Assembly (NCBI GenBank): GCA_050273025.1
Contig: CP158635.1
Coordinates: forward strand, 25,234,001 to 25,298,000
Direction: 5' to 3'
Origin: Cenococcum geophilum
Lineage: Eukaryota
Length of the DNA: 64,000 bases
The notes beneath the pieces are model-generated. The model saw nothing but the letters and a program-made list of their open reading frames with translations, made no database searches and had not been told where the DNA came from. Position numbers and translations under genes: made by a program. Within the stretch, counting starts at the first letter, position 1. Every line of letters begins with the position of its first letter. Below, one piece after another: positions 37,901-52,227 of this stretch.

Positions 37901-39767
37901 ACTTCCGGAACGAGATAAGATTGGAAATAAAGGTTGTAAGTTTAGCTAATAACGGAACTGGTAAATTAGGCTATGCTTATAAAGAAGTTATAGGCTAGCC
38001 ATTAAGAAAGCAATAATAGGGCGAATAAAAAGAGAGTAAGATTGTTAGCGCGGAGATAAAGATATACGCGAATATTATTAGCACCTTATAAACTAGAGTC
38101 CTAATAGTTGGCGAAGTATTTTTGCTATATAACGCATAGGTTAAGAATAAGGAGTCTCTATAATAGAAGGGCGGTTTACTTAGAGGGTTTCTCGCCTAGA
38201 AGTCTTATACTTCTCCTTATAAGATTAGAAGTAATCTCTTAAGATATATACTGTAGTAAATTTCCTAAATAGAATAACGGCGTTGGACAGTAATCTAAGA
38301 CTGAAGATAGATAGTAGACGGCCCCTAAATAAGGTAGACAACTCTAGGTATTTAGCAGCTTTTTATAGCATTTATAATACTATATATATAGCGTGGAACT
38401 AGATTAATAATATTAGAATATAACTCTTCTCTCTTAAGAAGTAACGTGTTGCGATTTGGGCCCTTAGTGGGCAGCGCTTAGTTTGCCAATTTAGCCGCTA
38501 AGCGCTAAACGGCGGCTGGGAACTTGATCTTATTAACTACTAGGCTATAAATCCTCCCTAATTTTACTTAATTGCTTAGGGCCGGAACCTAAATGTTATA
38601 CTAGGCTTTAAGATATCTTAGAGGGAGTGCTATTAATATATTAAACGGACGGAAAATCTAATATTACTATCTACCTTTATTAATTGCCAGTGGCGCGTAT
38701 ATATTATCCGTATCTAGTTTTTGCCTCCTATACTAGTAAAAGTTAATAGCTAGAAGTAGAAGTGGTCTTTATAGTAACGAGAATTAAAGCGTATAAAGAT
38801 AAAATCTTTTAATTTCGCAGCTAGACGCTAATACTTAAGGCTTTTTCTTAATATAAGGTGTAAATATAATTAGGGCGTTACTATAGAGGCGATCTAAGAA
38901 TATTACCGCAACCTAGAATTATTAATGTCTAAGGGGACTATATTTAATGGCAAGCACTACTTCCTTTAATAAATATAGGCCCTTCCTAACTATAGAGATA
39001 GCGCGCCTAGTATTATCTCCCTACTTAATAATTTGTCCCTATTTAAGGTCCTTTTTAAAGATTAGACTTTATAGCTTATTAAAGTAACGGATCCCGCGTT
39101 TTAGCTACTTGCCTTATTAGGGGTTAGGCCTTCCAATAACCTATTAGAGCGTAGCTAGTAGTTTTAGCATAGTTGTGTTAAAGGGAGATATAGATCTACC
39201 GCCCACCTTGCACTTTAACTTTCTCCTCCCCTAATTCCTTTAGCGTCTATCTATCCCTACTGTTCCTATTCTATCTAAGACTTAAAAAAGTTAACTATAT
39301 TACTTAACTAGCCCTCTCTTTCGGATTATAGGGCCTTTAACCCTCCTAACCTACTTTTTAAATAAATACGCGTTTTAGGCCTCCTATACTGCCTTAATAC
39401 TCTACTTAGACGGCTATTTCCTTACTTATAGCTCTAATAATAACCCGCAGCCGCCTCTAAAGGGCCCGCCCCTATTCTATTATATATTCCACCGTATTAA
39501 ACGCACCCTTTTTAGGGATCGTTCTTTATAGTTAATGTTTAAAATAGCGGAAGTAAGGCTTTATCCTTTAGAGCTATAAACTACCCTAGTATAAAGGCTA
39601 CGCGCGGTAAGGAAAACGCGTAAAGTAGTGCTAAGAAACCAACTGCGGTTGCTAATAATATATCTTTATTTAAAATCGCGGATAAGCTATCTGGTATATA
39701 AACTTTAACTTTTATAGCTTTTATAGACTTCTAATAACCTATATAGTTAGCCACTAATATATAACCT

Positions 39768-42700
39768 ATAGCGGAGCAACTACCTTAGTCGCAACCAATA
39801 ACTGTAACGATATTAGCTTCGTCGCATACCTCGGCCAAAGAGGCGAATATAGTAGGTGCAGTACTATATAGCACGCGTTTACGAAACTGCTTAGGTACTA
39901 CTTAACTGAACTACGCTAAGGATATTGAGATAGACTTTAAGATAATATAGGCGTAAACTAATAGTACAATATCCGAGGCACCGTCGCGTAGATCGGTTAC
40001 AAGTAATAATAAATAATCTCTAAGCGTGGGCGGAAGAAAGAGTAATAGTATAGGTAATAGTATAAGCAATACGGCGTAGGGTTCTTCTACTCTAATTATA
40101 AAGGACACTACGTTTATAATACTAGGCACCTCTATATTTTTTGCAAATCTAAATATAAATTCTATACCTTAGCCTAAAAGATAGAAAAATACTATTAATT
40201 ACGCGCTAGCTAATAGAAATACTTTAAATTTACTTACGCTAAGCCAGGTAATAATAAGAAGGTTAACTACTACTATAGCTACTAACTCTATATAAGAAAT
40301 AAATATAATAACTTTTAAGAAATCTTAGGCAATGCTTAAAAATAGGAAGCTTAATGCTAATAACGGGACTTTATTATTAGTTAATGGTACGTAAATCTTT
40401 ATGCCCTTAAAATTTATTAAAAGGGCGATATTTTTCTAATTTTTAAAAATTATCTAACTAGTACTAGACTATATATATCTTATTTATAAGCCACTAGGGG
40501 AGCCCTATTATCTTTATAGGATTATAGAGTTTCTTTATAAGAATAAGCTAGACTTACCTATTGATTCTATGCGTGTTAACTGGTATTATTACCCCTAGGA
40601 TGTCTTACAATATAATAATAACACCTAACTTATTTATAGCACTATGCATTCTAATATCTACCTAATTACTTTATTATAAGGGCGTTATTAAATTCTCTAC
40701 TGGACTAAAATTAATAATCTAGACGAGTACTAGAAGACAAAAGATTGCTTCTAGTTTAATTAAGTTTTTAATTAATTTATCTATTAGTAGTATAAGGCAA
40801 TCCTAATAGCTTAGGTTATTAACATGCTAGAGAAAGTAAAAAAAGCGCTAGACAAGAGATGGAAATATATTATTGTAGAAACTAGTTATATTAAAGAATT
40901 AACTAGCGCGGTTAAGAGTTATAAGTGATATATTAGATACTATGCGACATAAATATACTAAAACATTAATACTTTTGTGCTCTAATTAACTATTAACGTC
41001 CTTTAGAAATAACTCTGTTAAATATACAGTTTGCCATAATATATATTACATAAATTATATTCGTCCGCTATTATTGAAGAAGCCATCTTGCGGGTTTATA
41101 TAGGCCTACAGGCCCTATAGTAGGGCTTAAGAACAGAAGCTTAAAGTACGCTAAATACCTCTTATTAGTGGTGCTAATGAAGATACTAATAATGAAGAGC
41201 CCTTAGATGAGGAAGAAGATAATACTAGTAGTGTTACTACTATACTAAGTCCTAGTGGCTCTAATATATAAGTTAATTTGCATCTAGGCACTTAAGCGGA
41301 GATTACACTTATAAAAATATGGCCTATACGCTACCTCGGGATACATTACCATGTAGAAGATGCTTTATAATATAATAATTAAGCTATCTACCCTTAAGCT
41401 AGTTCTTGTTTAGGACTAAGGTATTAGGCGAACGTAAATATATAGTATGGCTAAGCCATAAAGTTAGTAAAACCCGCCGAAATTAAAAAGCGCTATATTA
41501 AAGGGCCTAGCCATAAAAAGGAGACTAAACTCTTAAAAGAGATAGTTACTATATTAGAAGCTAATAGAGTAGAGAAGGTAAAATAACTAAAATAGGTCTA
41601 GGACGAGCCTTAAGGATATATTCGCTAAGGCGAAGATATCCTAAATAAGGACTTAAAATACATAGCTAAGCTTTAGTTTAGGATGCCTCCTCTTAGTGTT
41701 TACTCCTTAAGAGGTAAAGATAATGCTTCTACTATAACTAAGGAGTAGGTATATGCTTATATAAATTAAGTAAAGATATTTATAAAAGATATTAGTGTTC
41801 TAGAGTATAGCACTAACTTCCTTAATAAAGCGCTATAACTATTTACCAAAAATAATTACGACGCGGAGGTAGCCTTAAAATAACTTAAGAAGGCTAATAA
41901 ATAAAAAGATCTCTATAAGCTAAACCTTACTAAAGATAAGATAAAGCGATTTAATAAAGGCGTTGCTAAATATAGATCTAAAATTTAGAGCGTTTAACTA
42001 TATATTAAAACTATTAACTATACGGATGCTGTACGCTATTACTACCTATAGAAAAAGACTTCGAAAGGCCGTAAAATCTAGGGTTTATATAGAGGTTGTA
42101 AAGAACGTAATAAAAAGGCTAAAGCAGATACAGCGACTAGATTGCTTAATAACGTTATATATAATTATAATAATTCCACGTTTAACAATAAGAAGGCTAA
42201 GGAGCGAAAGCGTAGGTTTTAGTATAAATTCTGCTCTACTAGGTTATCCTAATAATGGCAATAGGTACCTAGAGTTATCCCTAGATAAATAGTATCTATA
42301 AATAGTAAAAGTAGTAGTAAAGATAAAGTAAATAGCTTTTTATTTACTCTATACTAACGCTATATAAGGTTATAGCAAAAGTATATTATTAAATAGGAGA
42401 ATACCGATAAGATTATAAAGAAGGTTACTTAAGGTGGTAGTAAAGCGTAAAAGAGGAGGATTAATAAGGAACTACTTAAAGAGGTATATGCCGCGAATAA
42501 AGCGGCTTCTTTAAATATAGCGTTGGATTTCTTAGACACGTAGCCATTTACTAGTTAACTAGGTTTAAAGCCACTAAAAAAGAAATAGAAGATAACTGCT
42601 GCTAATAAGGAGAATAGATTAATAACACCAATATTAGAACTGGTCTCTAAGAAAAAAGAAAAGAAGAAGGTTATTGCCCCACTAAGGCCCCCTATATTTC

Positions 42701-44745
42701 CTACCCCTATATAACCTAAGATGCGAGTCTTACCGTATGCCGTCTATTGTCAAATTAAGCCTATTAGCGATTAGCACCTTTACTATAGCGGTTATTAATT
42801 AACTATTTATTATAATTACTATAGCATAGAGGAAGTTTAATAGGAAAAGTGGGTGTATAATATATGCAAAAACAATAAGAAGGAGTAAGTCTTATATATA
42901 AGGTTATTACTTAAAATTCTATGGTCACTACTAATATCTTATAGAATTATAAGTACGTCTTTTATCCTATTAAGATAATAAAATAGGAGCTTATTAAACC
43001 TCCTAAGGTATTATATAAGAAAAAAACTAATAGAGAAAGGGAAAAAGAGAGACTAGAAAAAGAACTTATTAATAAGGTTAAAGATAAGTATTACTAGGCA
43101 TAGCGAGATAAAGGCCGTCCTAAGATACCTTATAAACCTCTTAAGTAAACTACTAATAATAACTGGGTTTATATATACTGCGCTATCTAAATTTCTAAGA
43201 TAAAATTTAGTAATATAAAGACTCTTAAAGTTGTAGAAGGTATTAGCGCGCTAATACTTTAATATAACTAAGTTTATAAACTTTATAAGATAAGTAAAGG
43301 CGCTTACATCTCTTATTACCAGTACTATGCAAATTTCTATATTAGATGCGCACATTCGGTAGGCTATATATTTGGTTTTAATATCTTACTAGTTAAGGCT
43401 ACTTAAAGAGATATAATACCAACCTTTATAATAGGCGAAGAGACTAGCTTAATAGTTATAGGCATCTAGTATAAGGAACATAGCCCGAAAACTATCGTCT
43501 ATTAGATAAGTAAGGTAGTAGATAAAAGTAGTATAAATACTTTATAATTATATATACAGAACTATAAGTAAGCTAATCTAACCTTAACCGGCACTACGCG
43601 TAAGGCCAACTTAGTAAACTAGTTAACTAGAACTATTCCTGCTACAATAGCCCCCACCTTAGGCAATTATTAAACCTCTACTATAAACCCTACTTCTACC
43701 TCTATAAGAGGACGACTATCTAACGCCGGTATACCTATTAAGGACGAAGAATTAAATAGTAATATAACTGCTTTAAAGCCTAAACGAAGATATACTAACT
43801 ATAGCATTGACGCTAGTCTATAATGGTGGAAAATTAAAGACCGCCCGCCGCTAGAATAGGACTCGTCTTAGGTAAACCAAGTTATAGATAGAATTCCCCC
43901 TATAAACGGCAATAGGGTTTTTGTATTGGAATCCCTATATTACCTAGAAGGACTACTAATACCTAATAGTATAGGTGACTATAACTATAAGATATCCGAT
44001 ACGCCGCTAGTAGGCGTTATTAATAATCCTATAAGGCTTAAAGTTAATACCAATATCTCTATTAGTAGAGAAACTCTATACTTATACTAGAAGTATTACT
44101 AGAAGAAGCTTAACGCGCCTAATAAACCTAAAGAGCTAGAGAGATCGGAGTTATAGTTACTAGAGCTATAATAATTACCGCTTTAATCTCCTCCTATTTA
44201 TATATATAGGCCACCTATACTAGTATAGGTGCCTACTTCCTCCCTTTTACTATAACTATTAGGTTGGGGAGGTTACGGGCTACCTTTAAGTAATAGTATA
44301 ATATATATACCTTAATTAACTACTCCTATTCCTCACTACTAGCCTTTTTACACTTCTTAGTTTAACCTACTTTATTAAACTAATAGGTACTAACCTCTTT
44401 TTAGTCCTATCCTACCTAGTATAGTTTGCTTACCTTATCCTCCCGTTAATATACCTATACCTCTCTACCTTAACAACTCCCCTATATTAGGAGCACTTTT
44501 AAACGGTATATATTTACCGTATCTGCCTTATTCGCCAACGCACCTACCTAAATTAATTCTATCTCGCTAATCCAACAGCCTATTTTCTGGCTTATAACTA
44601 TATTTATAATATCCTAGTTAGTATAGTAGCCTTAGACTAGGTTAACTATATAACTAACTATCTATACCTAGAGATACGACTATATAAGATATACCTATTA
44701 GAGGTCCCTAAGGAGAGAATAGACTTTTAGGAGGCGTAAGCGTAA
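39768..44745 (+). pseudogene. SNT2: SNT2-like BAH/PHD/ELM2/SANT chromatin protein pseudogene
   Basis: De-RIPed BAH region HIYLICEPPGEPYYLCRIMEF, DSMRVNWYYRPRDV, TMHSDICPITSLRGRC (~40470-40690); SANT region EGVAKYGSEFRSVRLHVK..VRYYYLWKKT (~41955-42060); PHD region PCAVC..LCCSGCRLTVHRNCYG (~42733) and REPLKRTTDNNWVH (~43130). Confidence 0.88.
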
Positions 44746-45442
44746 GTCTATTATTATATAACTTATTACATTAGAATCTTCATTTTAATTTCCTCTATTT
44801 ATCTTTAGGTTTATATATTGTCTTTTATATTATATAAGCGGATAGCATAGATTAGAGTCTGTTATTTATATAAAATAGAGCTTAAGGTATCTTATAGCTA
44901 ACTATAGGTTTTGCTTTATAGAGTATAAGTAAGTATATATAAGGTTAAGAGGTCGTAAGCTATTCTAGGATTTAGTATAGTTTAATAATTTGGTTTAGTT
45001 AGAGGTACGGCACTGTTAAATATCTAGAGTTTATAGGTACAATACTATACTATTATACTGTTGTTAAATTAATTCCGCATTATTAATAGGATATTAAGGT
45101 GGTATATATTTAGCTAGACCGAAAATAGAAAACTATTTACTAAGACTAAATAAAAATAAGGTCTACGCAACTACTTTAAAACATAGTGCGATTATAAAAA
45201 ATTAAATATAGTTTTACGGCTGCGTATATATCGTAAAACTAGATATAGGAAATCTGGGTCTACTAGTGCTAATCCCATACCTATAGCTTAGTAGCTTAGC
45301 TAGTGTTCCTGTCCTGCCCCCTATATATATTAAATCCGCCTCATACCCGCTGGCCTTATAACCTAAAAACGCAACCCTAGCCCCATCTTCTTATCTACTT
45401 TTACTATTACTATAGGCTAGCCACCCTTAAATTGGCTTAATC

Positions 45443-45635
45443 TGTGACGGCTCGAACCATCGAACAAATGTCTCAACAGAGACTTGAACGAATGCTTGCA
45501 AGATCAAGCGAACGAATGCTGTATTACGAAGATATTAAGCTAAGGAGCAAGAGAAGGTGGTGAGGCCACGTCTATATACACACGCCAAGTCTTAAGCGAA
45601 CCCCTGACTAGGTGACGCGCTCCAGCGCCGTCACA
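45443..45635. mobile_element. Solo LTR (193 bp)
   Basis: TGTGACGG...CCGTCACA with TSD TAATC (45438-45442 / 45636-45640). Shares GATATTAAGCTAAGGAGCA and AGTCTTAAGC with the solo LTR at 62122-62303. Confidence 0.88.
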
Positions 45636-46341
45636 TAATCTTTCGGTCGCTCCCTTTATTACATTCTCTTTTACACTTACTCCACCTCTTTTTAACTTAC
45701 CTAGGCTTAAATTGCGATTAATAATCAATCTTTCCTGCGCTATGTAATTTATTGCCTATATAAACTATAAAACCGGTTCTTTAATATACTTAAAACCATC
45801 TCTATTAAAAACCCTTATTGTTATAAATACGACCCAAATTGGTCCTATATTTTATATTTAGCGTTAATATCTAATTTAATATATACTTAAAACCCTCTCT
45901 CCCCTTAAATAACTTTCCCTATCTTAAGTCCTAACCGACCTCACTAATACGCCAACCTCTCTTTTAGCCTTCTTAAATTTTTTCTTTAAGATTAAAATCC
46001 ATTTATTAGTTATAGTTATGTTTTTTATAAGGTAAGCAGAAGACTGCTTTAAAGATATTAATAGAGATATTAAGTACGTTTAAAATGGTGGGTTTTAGTA
46101 TATAAGTGTTAGTAAACCCATTTTCTTCTAATATATTTATATTTCCCCAATTCCTATACTTCCTTAGTACTATCTATATGCTTTAAAGATGTTATACTAA
46201 TAAATAAAACTAGAAAGGTGAAATAATTAAGTAGTCTATCCTCCTTAGTATATTCGCCTTCTTTATACTCTAGTTTATAAGCGGGTATATATATACTAAG
46301 AGGCGAATGCGGAAGGGCCTCCTACTACTAGCATACTACTA

Positions 46342-46520
46342 AGTAAGAGTATGTTGCAAAAAAGGTGCATAGAGGCGAAAAAATCGCTTATTTTTTCTAA
46401 GTCATTTTGCGGTAAAACTAATCATGTACGCAGGCGTGATTGAAACTACACGCAAAATGACTTAGAAAAATTAAGCGATTTTTTCGCCTCTATGCACCTT
46501 TTTTGCACCATACTCTTACG
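46342..46520. mobile_element. Tc1/mariner-pogo type MITE (179 bp, ~67-bp TIRs)
   Basis: GTAAGAGTATGTTGCAAAAAAGGTGCATAGAGGCGAAAAAATCGCTTA... with a near-perfect reverse complement at the right end. Flanked by TA on both sides. Confidence 0.85.
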
Positions 46521-47219
46521 TAATTCCCACTCTAAATCTAGTTTTGTACTCCCTTACCTCTCTTAATACTAATAATTAGCTTATAGTGGCTCGTCCCCTA
46601 CCATAAACGCTAACGCTACGGCTAAATACCTTAAAATTACTTTACATTTTACGCTATACAGCCTTACCGTCCTAACGCTAATAGTACGTATAATAAACCG
46701 CCTCCACTTTATAACAACGATATGCTACCTAGCTATATACCCCTATTAGGCGTATTAAAGCTTAACCTAATATAAACCGCGATAGAGATGCAGCTAAGCA
46801 CGAATATGCAGCATATAGGCGGTTTTAGAGCCGTTAGTGTGTAAGAAACAGGTATTATAGGCGGAGGATAGAGAAGCGACCTTAAGAGCTAGTCTGTAGA
46901 TCTACCCCCTAGGCCACTAAGGGCGAAAATTGCTGTTAGAAATGTATTTAGCTAGCTAAGAAAATAGGGAAAAAACTAGCTAAGGGAGTTTAGGTTAAAA
47001 ATTTGGATTTAGGTCTATAAAATAATATAATAGTAGAAGTTCGGCAATATGAATTTAGGCCGTAGGTTAATACCCTTAATATAGCTAGCTATATATCTTT
47101 GGCACCGCATATATATAGACTTAATTTGTAGGTATAAAGGGTTAATATACTTTAATTGGTTCTATAAAATCCTAATTCTCACTATATAGATTATATATTC
47201 TTATTACTAGATTATATCT

Positions 47220-48029
47220 ATTTCCATATTATCTAGATTATACTCTATTATAGATTTATCTTCCTACTAGGGCTTTTTAGGAGCGGCGTTTAGACAAGGC
47301 TATAGATAAGGCTCTAGACGAGGTTCTAGATAAGGTTTTAGACGAGGCCCTTCTATTTTTAAAGCCTGTTTCTCTCGCATCCTAGCTCTTACCTTAATGA
47401 TAGCTTTACGTACATTATCCTCTTCCTAAGGGACTAAGATTAATAAGGGTATGTTATAGAGGACGAGTTAGTTATTACGCGTAGCCTTGGGCTCTGGTCC
47501 CATTAAAAGGTGCTTTAAAATCTTACTTAAATGCTTCTTAATATTAGCGAGGAAGATAGGGTTTTCCTTATCTAACTCAATATTTAAGAGTTTAGCTGCT
47601 AAATTATAGATATAGACCTAGTTAGGGGTGTCTTTAACTTGTATAAAATCATCTATAGGGCGGAGCTAAGGCTTCTTAGGTTTCTTCAGTTTAGGTTCTA
47701 TAGGTAAAGCAATTAGTTTTAGAGGTTTAGGGGAGCTTATAATAGCTAGTAAGGATTATAATAGGTTTTGCGATAAGACGGGAATATATAGGCGGGTGCT
47801 ATTGTTATCTATTGCAGGAAGCTATTAGCTAGAAGATTATAGGATAGCTTTATATTTATAGAACTAGAGGAATAATAGGCAATTATTTACCTAAATTTAA
47901 TAAATTAAAGCGCTTTAAAAGTCGCTATTTATTTTCCAGGCCGTTACTTATAGGACGCTTCTTCTACCCCTGCTAGTGTTATATAGGTGGAAATTCCGGA
48001 GCTTTAACTTCTATACTCTTAGCCGCCAT
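47220..48029 (-). pseudogene. Conserved fungal hypothetical protein pseudogene, divergent from ALA1
   Basis: De-RIPed DDFMQVEDTPNRVYIHDLAAELSDIESDEENPIFLADIEKHL...NQLVLYNVPSSISVPQEEDNVRKAIIEARARMREKQ. ATG at 48029. Confidence 0.65.
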
Positions 48030-48363
48030 CTATCCTACCTCCCCTAAAGCTTCGTATTAATTAAAAAATCTTCTTTAGAAGTTTAGCGATAAGTTATTAC
48101 TAAGTCCTGCACATACGACGGGGTTAGGGTAATCGATTGCAAAGCATTAATTCGCGATTTACTTCGGTTGGATACTATAGAGGTCGCTGTTATAGTGTTG
48201 CGGACGCTATTATCTAAGTCACTGCATTAAAGAAAGTTTAAGCGGCTTTATACAGTTTCGAGCACGTTATAACGTTTTTAGCTACAACAACAGTATACGG
48301 GCTGGCTTTTTAAGCATAGCAGCTAAGTAGAGTAGTGGACTTAGCGCATAAGGCCTACGTATA

Positions 48364-51300
48364 ATGGCATCTTTATTTATTATAGAGGAGAAGTATAAGT
48401 GGAATGCTCCGAGGGTATATAAGACCTTTTTAGAGTATTTTAAAAAGAATAGATATACTTTTAGTAGGTATAGCTCGTTTTTACATATATATTCTATATA
48501 ACTTCTTTTATAAACTATATTTATCTTTTAACGTTCTTTATATTTTTTAAGTCTATCTTAATTAACAAATTCAGTTCCCTTATCCTCTATAGTGCCCCTC
48601 TTAGACTCTACTTTCCTCTTTACTAATACGGGCATGAACTAGTATAAATTTATATTCTTAGGTATAGTAGACCTAGCTTCTAACTTTATATCCCTTAAAT
48701 ATATCGTTAACTCTTAGAAATGTATCCGCGTAGGCGGGAAACATAATAATCTAGATAATATTAGTAAGGACAGCTACTACTATACCTTCTTTAAAATGCT
48801 GGGGAATTGGAGCTTTAGTAACTATTTTAAAAAAGAGGTAATTAGGTATTTATAGGAGCTGCTAACTAAGGTTTATAGCCTAGATCCTAAGAGGCTCTAT
48901 ATTACCTACTTTAAGGGCGCGGATAGGCTTAAGCCTAACTTAGAGGCGAAGGAGCTATGGCGGTCAGTAGGAGTGCCTAACAACTATATCCTCCCTAGTG
49001 ATATAAAGGACAACTTCTAAGAAATAGGTAATTAGGGTCCTTATAGGCCCTATAGCGAGGTTTACTATAACTATATTAGTAGCTGTAATACTGCGTACCT
49101 TATAAATAAGGACAATCTAAATGTCCTAGAAATCTGGAACGTAGTCTTTATCCTCTATAACTGTAAGCCGGACTACTTATTACGCTCCTTGCTAAATAAG
49201 CACATAGATACTAGTATAGGCTTTAAGCGTTTAGTTTTAGTATTGCAGGACAAGATATTAAATTATAATACTAATATCTTTATACTATTATTTAAGCAAA
49301 TCTAGGAGATTATAGGCGTAAGAGAGTATAGGGGCAAATTTGGAGACAAGGATTTAAATAGCATTAATACCGCCTACTAAGTCGTTACGGACTACGTTTA
49401 TACCCTTACATTTATAATTATAGATGGCGGTGTGCTAAATAATATTAGCTAGGGATACGTTATACGCCGCGTGCTAAGGAGAGGGGCACGTTATGCGCGC
49501 AAGTACTTTAATACTAAGATCGGCAATTTCTTCTCTAAAGTCGTCCCTAGCCTTATTAAATAGATAGGTGGTATATTTCTAGAGATTACTAAAAAAGAGA
49601 GCAATATAAAGGAAATTCTAAATAAGGAGGAGGAGAGCTTTACTAAGAGCTTAGACCGCAGAGAGATAATATTTAAGAAGTATACTTAGCAATATAAGCT
49701 GTATAATTTAAAGGACCTACCTAGTATAGATATATGGCGACTATATAATATATACGGCTTTCTAGTTAATCTAACTAAGTTAATAGCCGAGGAATACGGC
49801 CTTAATATTAATAATAAGGAAGTTAAAGAAGTATAGGTAAAGGCTAGGGAAGCTAATAAAGGCAAGAAGAAGGCCGCTGCTGGCCTTATTAAGCTAGATA
49901 TTTATAATCTAGGTGCTTTTAAACTAATAAAGGATATCCTCAAAACCGATAACTTACCTAAATTTAGCCGCGAAAATATCACCGCTATTATTAAATATAT
50001 TTATTATAATAAGAAGTTCCTTAAGAGTACAAAAGAAGTGCTTAAAGGCGAATAGTTTAAAGTGTTGCTAGACCGTATAAACTTTTATACTAAGTAGGGT
50101 GGTTAGGAGTATAATACTGGTAAACTAGTAGTAGATAGTGTTGCGAAGATTAACGTATAGAATGTATAGGTATATATAGGCTATATACTTTATATAGGGT
50201 ATATAAGCTATAGAGAGCTAAGTGTAGGGGAAGAGGTTATCTGCAAATATAATAAGGTATATTTATTACCGTCTTCTCTAATTATATAAAACTGACTTTT
50301 AAAGCTCTGCCGCCACCCTATCCGGTCTAATTACACCAATACTTATATCCTCAACTACGCCCTCTACAAAATCTTAGGTTTAGAAGTTAACCAAAAGGGC
50401 TTACTTATCGCCCCTAAAAAGCTTTATTTTAATTTCTCCTATAAATCTAGTATCTTAGGCGCTAACATTGCCAAAATTAAGGAGATTTCTACCTCCTATA
50501 TCCGCCAAAACTCTAAAGTTTATGCCCTTAATATACTACTAGCCACTGCTAAGTAAATCCGAGGCGTGCGCGCTATCTTTAGCAAGACATACCCTAATCT
50601 AGTTAGAGTAGTTAGTATTGGCGTACTAGTTAAGGACCTACTAAGCGACGTAAAGAATAAAGGCTAGGAGAAAGTTTTAGTTAAGTTCTATAGTGGTACG
50701 CATACTAAGCAGACTAGTAAGATTAAAGAGCTTATTATCCTAAAAGAATCCGGCATTACTAAGGGTATCCGCCGTATCATTGCTATAATAGGGCAGACGG
50801 CGTATAAAGTATAGCGCGTTATATTAGACTTTAAAAAAGGGCTTATAAGGCTAGAGAAGGCACTATATAGCGCCGCAAAGGAGGCTAAGGTAAAGAAAAT
50901 GCAGGTTACGCTTAACAAGCTCTCCTGCTCTACCCTTATAAAGATATTATTCCGCAACCGCTTTTCTAAGATTTAGAAGTTTATCTTAGATTAGTAGAAG
51001 GCGGCCGCTAAGGCAGATAATAAGTGCGTGCTAGATACTATTACCAATTTCTTTACTAAGGAGGAGAACGAGGCGAAGAAGTATTTAGTTATAAAAGTTA
51101 AGTGGAGTACTATAGTTAATAAGGCTATTAGTAAGGTAATTAAGACCGTTAGTGGTAAGGGCCTAATAAAGGATAAGAGTGTATACTTATTTAGCGCAAA
51201 TAAGGAGGAAGGGAAGGTTATATATAGGTGTTATGTTTTTAAGGTAAGCGAAATAGCTTTTTTAATCTTCTCTATTCCTCCTCTATTAGAGCGTATAGAG

Positions 51301-51520
51301 ATTTAGGATCTTTTTTGTCGAAATTTACTAATAATAATATATCTAGCACTTCTCCTCTTAAGGCGCTTTAGCTGTCAAATAGTCTAAAAACGTCGCCAGC
51401 ATTATTAGTAGTAAGGTAGGTAGTAAAGGCGCTACTTCTATCAGCTAGGGCACTAATGCTAATAAGGTTAACGATGGCCTTAAAAAAGCGATAAAGTATC
51501 TTAAGAAGTTCTAGCTTTAA
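48364..51520 (+). pseudogene. ALA1: Alanyl-tRNA synthetase pseudogene, full length with introns
   Basis: De-RIPed [53 protein letters not shown] (~48778), DNFWEMGDQGPCGPCSE (~49009), HIDTGMGFERL (~49201), editing-domain VEFCGGTH (~50680), and C-Ala region (ORF 51028-51306). Confidence 0.95.
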
Positions 51521-52227
51521 ATTGGTTTAAAGCAGTAAAGATAGATAAGACGGTTGCACTTTACGTGCTAACGTTTATATAACGCGCCTATAATATTAGG
51601 TTATTAGGCTTAAAGGGACTAAATATAGGACACTTTTAAGTCTAGAGTAAGATGGAGTATCTTTAGGTAGCCCCTGTTTTCCCTCTATATCTAAAACAAT
51701 TTTAGGAATTTTATAGTAGAAGGGCTTTAAATAGTAGCTTAGCTCTTTTAGTAGCTATTTTATATATCCCTATAGATTTCTAGTCCTAAGAATGCGGAGG
51801 TAAGGATTTTTGGTAGAAAAATTGTAACTGTGCTTGCTATTTAGAGAATAGCTATATAGTAAGATTGTATAACTAGCGCCAACACTTGCTTCCTATTAAT
51901 CTATTCTAACTGCAATGATATTACTGCCGGTGCTATGCAGGGGGAAAAGGCTCTAAGTTAGGCTTATAGCATCTCTAGGTTTATTATACAATTATAATCT
52001 CTCCCCTTTTAATGCTCCCTTTTAGGCCTCTCTAGCTCCTCTTATAAAATACTATTAATTATAGTTTTTCCGGATTGAACTAGTCCCTATCTTTACCAGC
52101 TAGATCCTATACTAAAAGTCTAACTCTTTTCTATATCTAGAAACACTTGCCGAGAGGCCAATAAATAGGAAATATTTTATCTTGCTAATATGTTATTTAG
52201 ACTGACTAAACACCGGATTCTGCCGTA

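Noticed and set aside
38500..39230. Possible additional RIPed gene on the minus strand (similar hints at 22400-23300 and 56400-57400)
   Set aside because: Codon-like but no recognisable motif, so it cannot be called.
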